Shown in pieces: positions 57,285-64,000 of a DNA stretch of 64,000 bases (its first letter is position 1; each line of letters starts with the position of its first letter). A program made the translations under genes and the position numbers. Origin of the DNA: Promethearchaeia archaeon (lineage in GTDB: Archaea; Asgardarchaeota; Lokiarchaeia; Sigyniarchaeales; SOKP01). The notes beneath the pieces were generated by a model. The model searched no databases, was not told the DNA's origin, and saw only the letters and a list, made by a program, of their open reading frames with translations. The DNA is taken from positions 9,646 to 73,645 of the forward strand of contig JAHQWP010000193.1 of assembly GCA_029856235.1 (NCBI GenBank), read 5' to 3'.

Positions 57285-58727
57285 ATGGTACAAGACGATT
57301 TAAATATTAAACATAGTAAAAAAGGAATGGTTTCTTATGGTTTCAACTCGTTTTCACGAGAGTTTCTTAGAATTGCCTTTACAACTTTTGGTTTCTTCTT
57401 CTATGAATCTGAACTCGGATTGAATGTTTGGTTGATATTTTTTGCATATTTCATTTTTGCGATTTATAATATGTTTAACGACCCACTTGTTGGATATTTA
57501 ACGAATAAGCCCTTCAAGTTTACTAAAAAATGGGGGCGAAGATTTCCCTGGATTTTAGTTGGTGGGCTACCTTGGGGTTTTACTTACATGCTTATATTTA
57601 CACCGCCAACTTACGATGCCGTAGGAGGTGCGTGGATACTGTTCGCTTGGTTACTTTTCACTACATGTTTGTTTGATACGTTTCACTCAATCTTTTTTGT
57701 TAACTTTCAGTCGTTATTCGTTGATAAATATCGATCAGTTCAGGAACGTAGGACTGCTAGTGGTATCTATATTATGATAGGTGTTGTAGGTGTTGCGTTG
57801 GGTTCTATCCTGCCTCCATTAATTTTTAACACCACGGAAGGCGGGGTCACAGATTTCCCTTCTTTTGCTTTTCAAGGATTAATAGTTGCTATCGTTACTT
57901 TCATTGGTTTCTTATTAGCTATACCAGGATCACGAGAAGATCAGGTTACTATCGACCTTTATTTAGCTTCTCAAACAGAAGAACGAGAAAAAACTTCTTT
58001 TTTCAAAAGCCTTTGGGGAGCTTTAAAGCAGATGCCATTCCTCGCATTCATGGTATTTTATTTCCTTTATCAGTCTCTAGTAGAAACAATGCAAGCTTCC
58101 GTTCAATACACAGTTAAATACTCCTTGCTAATGGACGAATCAGCCTCTACTTTAATTTTTGCGGCATTTCTTGTAGGTGTGTTAATTTCTAGCCCAATTT
58201 GGACTATATATGCAAGAAGAGTCAAAAACAACAAAAAAGTGATGTTGATATCTGGATTCCTTTTGGCTGCTTTTACAATTCCAATCACATTTTATAATCC
58301 TTATTTAATTCCATTGCCTGTTTTTGGGGTTTACTTATTAATAGTCTTTGAAATGTTATTATGGGGATTAGCGATGGGAGGTTTTTGGACGATGATATTC
58401 CCAGTATCGGCAGATGTAATTGATAACTCCGTCGTAGCAACAGGAAAACGCGAAGAGGGGGTTTATACAGGATTTCAACAGTTTTTTGCTAGAATCGGAA
58501 TTATCGTTCAAGCTCTCACATTTGCAATTGTGCATGAACTAACTGGATTCGACGAAAATTTAGGTTTAGCTCAACCAGAATCAGCAGTATGGGGCATTCA
58601 TCTTCATCAAGCTCTTATTCCTGCGATATTTGTTATAATTGGTGCTCTTGTATTTTGGAAGTGGTACAAATTAACTCCGGATATTGTGGCTGCTAATCAG
58701 GAGAAAATCAAAGAAATGGGTATATAG
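57285..58727 (+). CDS. GPH-family (glycoside-pentoside-hexuronide):cation symporter
   Basis: It has about 12 TM helices and the signature NMFNDPLVGYLTNK (the D-P-x-x-G loop after TM2), as in MelB/YihO/YihP-type carriers. I prefer ATG 57285 over TTG 57273. Confidence 0.7.
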   Translation: MVQDDLNIKHSKKGMVSYGFNSFSREFLRIAFTTFGFFFYESELGLNVWLIFFAYFIFAIYNMFNDPLVGYLTNKPFKFTKKWGRRFPWILVGGLPWGFTYMLIFTPPTYDAVGGAWILFAWLLFTTCLFDTFHSIFFVNFQSLFVDKYRSVQERRTASGIYIMIGVVGVALGSILPPLIFNTTEGGVTDFPSFAFQGLIVAIVTFIGFLLAIPGSREDQVTIDLYLASQTEEREKTSFFKSLWGALKQMPFLAFMVFYFLYQSLVETMQASVQYTVKYSLLMDESASTLIFAAFLVGVLISSPIWTIYARRVKNNKKVMLISGFLLAAFTIPITFYNPYLIPLPVFGVYLLIVFEMLLWGLAMGGFWTMIFPVSADVIDNSVVATGKREEGVYTGFQQFFARIGIIVQALTFAIVHELTGFDENLGLAQPESAVWGIHLHQALIPAIFVIIGALVFWKWYKLTPDIVAANQEKIKEMGI

Positions 58728-58778
58728 TAGCTTACTCTCATCAATTAATTTTTTCATTTTTTTTTTTAATACCTTCTT

Positions 58779-60038
58779 TTAGGATGAGAATTTTTTATCA
58801 ACAATTTCAATAAAACTAAGCGAAACTTCGAGAAAATCGCTTAGAACTTTTTTATTTAAATTTTCTGGAGCGTCTTTTACAGAATGCCAGTTAACTGCTC
58901 TATTTTTTACGTGTTCCATCCCCATTAAAGCTGCTGCCTTGAACCCTTCGTGGATATACCGACAAGCGTCACACGCTCCGATTTTAAGGCTTCCAGTTCG
59001 TATATTTAACAAGTCGGAATTTTCACTTTTTGTCTCTGAATGGGCCTGTAATAGCAAGTTATTGATTTCCGCATCATAGACTGCTTGGTGCATGTCTTTT
59101 TCAATAACACACATATCTTCTGCTGCACCACAACATTCTAACACCACGGTATAAGAATTATCCAGAATTCCCTTTTTCCCGTATTTTTCAACGAAAGCTT
59201 TAGCACCTTTATCACCTACTTCTTCGCTTCCTTGCGAACCAATCCAAACTTCAACATTCTTAGGTCTATTTTCGCTAAGGTGTTTCCCTATTGCGACAGC
59301 GACAGCAGAGGCAGATAAGTTATCGTTTGCGCCTAACACAACGTTCTTTCCCAAAAAACCTTTTAGTAACAAGAAAAAAAGGGGATATATGATGACAAGT
59401 GGAATAAAATAAATCAGATCTATTATTGTTATAGAAACAACGCCCCAATTCACAATTACAATAGAAGCTCCCGAAACGATTTGAGCGATAAATTTCCACA
59501 GAGAAAAAATAATGGTGTGAAACAAAAAGTAAAGCCCTGTTACTCCTATAATCCGACGAGAAAGGGGTTTAAAACTGGCAATATTCATTTCTTTTGCACT
59601 ATCTGAGTGACCTTCAAATATGATACGGAATTTTACTTCCTGTGTAGGTTTTACTATCCCAAACACGTTAGTAGATTTTTTAGTTTTAAAAAGAAATCCA
59701 ATCCACTCTTTCATTAGAAATAGCTCGCTATAAAGCACGATAATGCCTAGGATTACTAGAATTGCTGATAATATCGGTAAAGGAAACATTAATAGCATAA
59801 ATAGAGGAGAAATACCTCCTAAGATTCCCGCTACCTTGATAAAGCCTTGAGGATACAAGTCAGGTCGAGTTTCGAACTCATCAATAAATGTTTCGTCGCA
59901 AAAATTATCTAATTCTTGTTTTATCCAAATATTTGCGTTCTTTTCAGCTTCACTACACGAGTATCTTGGTCCAAACTTTTTACAAATTGTATCAATGAAA
60001 TTGTACATATAATTAGAATAGGATTCATCTGTTTTCAT
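58779..60038 (-). CDS. M28-like metallopeptidase with an inserted multi-helix membrane segment
   Basis: EGHSDSA, GANDNLSASAVAVAIG, GSQGSEEVGDKGA and a C-terminal WHSVKD resemble M28 metal-ligand motifs. About 150 aa of hydrophobic helices lie between them. Confidence 0.5.
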   Translation of the reverse strand: MKTDESYSNYMYNFIDTICKKFGPRYSCSEAEKNANIWIKQELDNFCDETFIDEFETRPDLYPQGFIKVAGILGGISPLFMLLMFPLPILSAILVILGIIVLYSELFLMKEWIGFLFKTKKSTNVFGIVKPTQEVKFRIIFEGHSDSAKEMNIASFKPLSRRIIGVTGLYFLFHTIIFSLWKFIAQIVSGASIVIVNWGVVSITIIDLIYFIPLVIIYPLFFLLLKGFLGKNVVLGANDNLSASAVAVAIGKHLSENRPKNVEVWIGSQGSEEVGDKGAKAFVEKYGKKGILDNSYTVVLECCGAAEDMCVIEKDMHQAVYDAEINNLLLQAHSETKSENSDLLNIRTGSLKIGACDACRYIHEGFKAAALMGMEHVKNRAVNWHSVKDAPENLNKKVLSDFLEVSLSFIEIVDKKFSS

Positions 60039-60163
60039 TGGCTTATCTCAACTTTTAATTAGTTAATTTAATTAAAATAATGAATTTAGCATAGATTTTA
60101 TTTATATCACATTTTTTTGATTGAATGGAAAAATTAAAACAGCGATCTTAATTATTAATTACT

Positions 60164-60544
60164 ATGAATGATATTAAAAATTTTGTTGACGATTTGGGGA
60201 TTGCTGCGTTTGAGGCAAGCGTAAAGATTGCTGGAGTTGCGATTTTGTCTGATTCAGGGAATATAATCTTCCAGACAGACAATTGGGATTTAAATAATGA
60301 ATCTAACAACATATTAAATATAGTTAAAGGAAGTAAATCAATTGATTTAAATGGGGCTACATTTTCGGTAATCAAGACTACTCCTGATGGAATAATTGCA
60401 ACCAACGAGAGTGGAATGGGACACATAATATTTGCTCCTTTTCAAGGGGGTGTGCTTGTATCATACGCTATGGCTCAAGCAGATACTTCAATAGCCCTAA
60501 GTTTTCTCAAAAGTTATGCGATGAGATTGAGTGGTAAGATTTAG
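60164..60544 (+). CDS. Profilin-like small protein (a roadblock/LC7-like fold is not excluded)
   Basis: The 126-aa product follows the pattern FVDDL...AGVAILSDSGNIIFQTDNW...NGATFSVIKTTPDGIIATNESGMGHIIFAPFQGGVLVSYA...SFLKSYAMRL. This tracks the profilin layout: N-terminal helix, AAI..dG.vwa, G.kY.vir, gk.g.gG..., and a C-terminal helix ending in L. Confidence 0.5.
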   Translation: MNDIKNFVDDLGIAAFEASVKIAGVAILSDSGNIIFQTDNWDLNNESNNILNIVKGSKSIDLNGATFSVIKTTPDGIIATNESGMGHIIFAPFQGGVLVSYAMAQADTSIALSFLKSYAMRLSGKI

Positions 60545-60677
60545 TCAAGATTTATTATTTCTTTTTTTTATTAATTCATTTAACAATTTAGTGCTTTAAT
60601 TCATCTGTTAATAAAAATAAAACGCAGTTTTTTATTAGTAAATGCCCTAATTTTAATTAATTAGAATCTAAATAAAA

Positions 60678-61376
60678 ATGGAAGTCAATAAAGGTGTCTA
60701 TATGTTAAAAATGAGTCGACTTTTAAAAAAGAAAACTGCTTACATTATCATTGGATTTAGTATAGCATGCTTAATATTAGGTCCTTTTTTTGGATTTTTA
60801 CTAGATAAGGTGTCTGTCTACGAAAGCAAACCTGAAATTATACGAGAGGATAGCAGCTCAGGTTTAACTAAAGCATTCGCTCAACGAGTAACATTAAGCA
60901 AAGATCAAAAATTAATAGTAGAAATCTCTGAATTTTATCCCAATGCATCTGTCACAATCAAAATCATAGCTAAAAGTGTGTACGATCGAGCTTATAGTTT
61001 GAATAGCACTCCAAGTGGAATTACAGGTTTACAATTTGTATATTCTGAATTTGGTTGGGGATCATCGCCAGCAGGAAGTACAACAGGAACGAGTTCATTG
61101 AGTTTACCTAGCAGCGGAATTTATTTCTATATAGAATTTATGGGGGATAGAGTAGGTGATTCGTTGATATCTTGGCCAGGTGATTATTATGTTATCGTTT
61201 ATGGTTCAAATTCGGGTCCATCTTCTTTTACAGCTGTGCCTTTCGACATCACTATGAAATTAGATGGTCCAGGAGAAATGTTGAATAATCTTCTCATACT
61301 AGTAGGAATACTCATACTCATAGTGTATGTAATGGCAGCGTTAATATCAGTTTTAAAAGCAAATTATTTAAGGTGA
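60678..61376 (+). CDS. Bitopic surface protein (N- and C-terminal TM helices, Ser/Gly-rich beta domain), unknown function
   Basis: It has hydrophobic helices at both ends. I recognise no family motif. Confidence 0.4.
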   Translation: MEVNKGVYMLKMSRLLKKKTAYIIIGFSIACLILGPFFGFLLDKVSVYESKPEIIREDSSSGLTKAFAQRVTLSKDQKLIVEISEFYPNASVTIKIIAKSVYDRAYSLNSTPSGITGLQFVYSEFGWGSSPAGSTTGTSSLSLPSSGIYFYIEFMGDRVGDSLISWPGDYYVIVYGSNSGPSSFTAVPFDITMKLDGPGEMLNNLLILVGILILIVYVMAALISVLKANYLR

Positions 61377-61382
61377 TAAAAA

Positions 61383-61856
61383 ATGGGGACAGAAGAGAGA
61401 AAAGTAAGTTTGTATGATATGTTGCCAATGATGGATAAGCAGAAAGCTACTAAATTCTTAATATATGGCTTATTAGTGGCTATAATCTTTGGCACTATAC
61501 TCATGATCAGTAAATCAATCGCAGATAACGCTTATACTTGGCTGCTTTTAGAAACTCAGCAAAATGAGATGAATTACATGCAAGGATTATATGGGTATAA
61601 CGATTACATTGTAAAACTTGAGAGAGCAAATCTTATTTATTATTGGATGGAATATCAAGTGGTTATTGTAGGGAACATCGCACGGATTGGAGTCAATGTT
61701 GGCATGTTCTTTATCGCTATAGCGTTCTTGAGTTTTGCTTTAAACGATAAATTTGATGAAAAATCTAGGCGTATCTACCTTATACTCGCAGGGCTTATCT
61801 TGTTCGTTATAATTTTTACAACATTCTTCTCGCAAATATCGGTTCAAGTATCTTAA
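61383..61856 (+). CDS. Membrane protein, unknown function
   Basis: The 157-aa product has three or four hydrophobic helices. It lies 6 nt after the preceding gene. Confidence 0.4.
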   Translation: MGTEERKVSLYDMLPMMDKQKATKFLIYGLLVAIIFGTILMISKSIADNAYTWLLLETQQNEMNYMQGLYGYNDYIVKLERANLIYYWMEYQVVIVGNIARIGVNVGMFFIAIAFLSFALNDKFDEKSRRIYLILAGLILFVIIFTTFFSQISVQVS

Positions 61857-61962
61857 ATCTAATAACTTTCTTTCTTTTTTTTTTATTTTTTAATATAATA
61901 GAATTTAATACAAAATCCTTTTTCTATAGTATAATTGTGAAAAATTGAATGATCGAATCATT

Positions 61963-63165
61963 ATGAAAACAGATCAGAAAAAGACTTCAAAACTAGTTGA
62001 AGTAATTATCTTTATACTTTTTGCGTTAGGTCCTCTTACTGGAAATGTTATATTAGTATTGTTTGGTGTTCTTTCCTTAGAATTTTCAGTAATACCAAGA
62101 GCTATATTGATAGCTATTCCATCATTTATGTTTCCATTTGCTATAGTTCAACTATTCTCTGGCGCCATCTCAGACATTAAAGGACGATTTCCCGTAATTC
62201 TCTTAGGTTTATTTATCTTTGGAATAGGAATGATCTTAGCATCCTTATCCTTCTCATTGATGGCCTTTATTATTGCGAATGTTCTAGCAGGTATTGGTTT
62301 CGGATTCGTCAATCCTGTTTTAATAGCTTTGCTTACAGATATCGTTCCAGGACCTAAGATTTCGAAGAAAATAGGTTTGTTAGGTGCGGTTGCTAATTTA
62401 GGAGTCGGTTTTGGACCATTAATTGCGGGTCAAATAATTAATCTAAGTTGGCGATACTTATATGTAATTTTTTTGAGTATTACGGTGTTAGGAATCCTAA
62501 TAATTTTTACAATAAGAAAAAGTCAATCAGCCACTAAAAGCGATGATGGGATCAGAACATTTTTCTCCCATTTAGCTCAGGAAATTCGTCGTTTACCGGT
62601 TATCTTATTAGTGATCTCAGCTTTTTTAATTTCGCATACTTCTATTGCAACTATAATCTGGACTTCGCAATCATTCGCAGAAGTACCCGAAGTAATCCCA
62701 GTGGCGATTTCAGGGCTAATTATTGCTTTGTTTGGATTAATGGGCTTCTTAGCAGGTATTTTAACGGGGTTTATTATAAAGAAAAAAGACGTAAAATTTG
62801 TTTTAGTCGTAGGATTGATTTCGTTATTTATCGCCGATATATTTTTAATTATATTTGGTGATAACAGTTTTGAAGCACTTATTCTCACTTCCATTGGGCT
62901 TCTCTTTATGGGTTTTGCTGGGGGAATTTTAGTGACATTGGTTATGTTTTTTAGTCAGACTTTATCAAGAGAGAGACGTGGTGCTCTCGCGGGTCTAACG
63001 ACAGCGTCTCTATTTATCGGAAATGCTTTTGTTCCAATGACGTTTAAACCATTTTATGATTCTGGAGGAATTTTTTTAGTTTATCTGATAATTCTAATAG
63101 CCTCAGTATTATTACTTGCTGCTCTATTAATCTTATATAAATTTGCAAAAATTAAAACCAAATGA
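61963..63165 (+). CDS. MFS transporter
   Basis: It has about 12 TM helices and the motif GAISDIKGRFP between TM2 and TM3. I prefer ATG 61963 over TTG 61945. Confidence 0.7.
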   Translation: MKTDQKKTSKLVEVIIFILFALGPLTGNVILVLFGVLSLEFSVIPRAILIAIPSFMFPFAIVQLFSGAISDIKGRFPVILLGLFIFGIGMILASLSFSLMAFIIANVLAGIGFGFVNPVLIALLTDIVPGPKISKKIGLLGAVANLGVGFGPLIAGQIINLSWRYLYVIFLSITVLGILIIFTIRKSQSATKSDDGIRTFFSHLAQEIRRLPVILLVISAFLISHTSIATIIWTSQSFAEVPEVIPVAISGLIIALFGLMGFLAGILTGFIIKKKDVKFVLVVGLISLFIADIFLIIFGDNSFEALILTSIGLLFMGFAGGILVTLVMFFSQTLSRERRGALAGLTTASLFIGNAFVPMTFKPFYDSGGIFLVYLIILIASVLLLAALLILYKFAKIKTK

Positions 63166-63209
63166 AACTCAATAATTATAGAATAAGAAGATAAAATAAG
63201 AAAGACTAT

Positions 63210-63647
63210 CTAATTTTTAAGGGGGCCTAACTCTTTTATTTGGTTAGTGAATTCAGTTATTACCTCAGCGAAGCGTTTACCCTCCGAAGCTGAAACCCAC
63301 TCCAATCTAACGCGTTTTTCGTTTATACCTAATTGTTTAATAATTATCCTATGCATTTTTTCGAATCGATCCCTCGTGTATTCATTACCAGAAATATAGT
63401 GACAATCACCAATATGACACCCGCTAATAAGAACTCCATCTGCGCCATCTTTAATGGCTTTTAAAATGAAGGAAGGGTCAACTCTCCCCGAACACATAAC
63501 GCGAATTACTCTAATATTTGGAGGGTATTGAAATCTCGATACACCTGCTAAGTCTGCACCCGCATAACTACACCAGTTACAGCAAAAAACTAAGATATCC
63601 GGCTCAAAGTCTTTGACCTTCTTGGATTTAGCTTTAGACTTTGACAT
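63210..63647 (-). CDS. mvhD: MvhD/FlpD-type hydrogenase delta subunit (all-Cys form)
   Basis: ILVFCCNWCSYAGADLAG, VMCSGRVDP and ISGCHIGDCHY are the canonical MvhD motifs. Confidence 0.85.
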   Translation of the reverse strand: MSKSKAKSKKVKDFEPDILVFCCNWCSYAGADLAGVSRFQYPPNIRVIRVMCSGRVDPSFILKAIKDGADGVLISGCHIGDCHYISGNEYTRDRFEKMHRIIIKQLGINEKRVRLEWVSASEGKRFAEVITEFTNQIKELGPLKN

Positions 63648-63649
63648 AA

Positions 63650-64000
63650 CTATGTGCTCCCTCCATTTTCTATTTTTTCTAACAAATATGAATCAATCAT
63701 CGCGCCAATTTGATCGAAATCGTAATGCTTGACGGATATCGCTCCCACAGGGCACGTAGCTGCACATGTCCCGCATCCCTTGCAGAGTGCTGAGTTTACC
63801 GAAGACTTTTTTATTGTTATTGTTACATCCTCATACTCTTTCGTTGTTTCTATTAGTTCAATCGCTTTGTAAGGGCAAACTTCCTCACAATCTCCACAAC
63901 CAATACATTTACTTTGAGTTACTTCTGCAACCAAACCAGAAGTAGTTATTTCTCCTGCGCTTAGAAATCTACTTGCTCGACCTGCAGCCCCACTCGCTTG
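63650..64000 (-). CDS. C-terminal part of a second HdrA-like protein (two 4Fe-4S ferredoxin motifs); the 5' part lies outside the window
   Basis: The frame stays open to the window edge: QASGAAGRASRFLSAGEITTSGLVAEVTQSKCIGCGDCEEVCPY...CKGCGTCAATCPVGAI. It ends 2 nt before mvhD. Confidence 0.75.
   Translation of the reverse strand, partial: QASGAAGRASRFLSAGEITTSGLVAEVTQSKCIGCGDCEEVCPYKAIELIETTKEYEDVTITIKKSSVNSALCKGCGTCAATCPVGAISVKHYDFDQIGAMIDSYLLEKIENGGST

Noticed and set aside
60148-60426. A 92-aa minus-strand ORF overlapping the profilin-like gene; similarly 45552..45857 (-) overlapping the GH4 start and 1892..2197 (-) inside hdrA.
   Set aside because: Each is antisense to a motif-supported CDS. 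They have hydrophobic, low-complexity translations and no ribosome-binding-like sequence.
1-64000. A scan for CRISPR arrays, tRNA or rRNA genes, and transposase or integrase genes.
   Set aside because: I saw no regularly spaced short repeats, no cloverleaf-like GC-rich ~75-nt islands in the spacers and no rRNA-like stretches. No ORF has DDE, tyrosine-recombinase or serine-recombinase motifs that I could recognise. The only mobility-like signals are the HNH gene and the two direct-repeat pairs reported above.

Overview
This is an AT-rich archaeal chromosomal segment (roughly one-third GC by eye) with about 60 protein-coding genes on both strands. I found no rRNA, tRNA or CRISPR array by eye. 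Both window edges carry heterodisulfide-reductase/hydrogenase-type redox genes. On the left are an FrhB-like gene and an HdrA gene; on the right are MvhD and the 3' end of a second HdrA-like gene. The left HdrA is split in the ORF track by two in-frame TGA codons that sit where conserved Cys residues are expected, so I read it as a selenoprotein with two Sec. That feature, a Ras/Rab-like small GTPase and a profilin-like small protein suggest (inference only) an Asgard/Loki-type archaeon. The observations I rate highest are these. (1) At 16.9-20.7 kb there is a radical-SAM/SPASM cluster with three small ORFs sharing the C-terminal motif Y-(P/Q)-(A/T)-G-T-(L/M)-Y-S-T-V-(K/R)-x-K-D-F, plus a methyltransferase-TPR fusion and a membrane protein. 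The whole cassette is bracketed by an imperfect ~200-290 bp direct repeat. It looks like an undescribed RiPP-like system. (2) At 49.0-53.0 kb there is a tight operon of an FSA/TalC-type transaldolase, a FucI/AraA-family isomerase and a YihQ-type GH31 carrying the sulfoquinovosidase Q...RxxW signature. A GPH symporter and a sulfatase lie nearby. This may be a sulfo-transaldolase-type sulfoglycolysis module in an archaeon. (3) A MoxR-AAA/CoxE-VWA pair has been pulled apart by a tandem-HNH gene and a DsrE-like gene, leaving a diverged partial copy of the original MoxR-3'/VWA-5' junction. (4) A 2 kb GC-rich island is embedded in frame inside an otherwise AT-rich 796-aa ORF. (5) Next to a competent thiolase lies an HMG-CoA-synthase-like/DUF35 fusion in which all three catalytic residues appear to be substituted. 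All functional calls come from motif recognition by eye and none has been checked by a database search.
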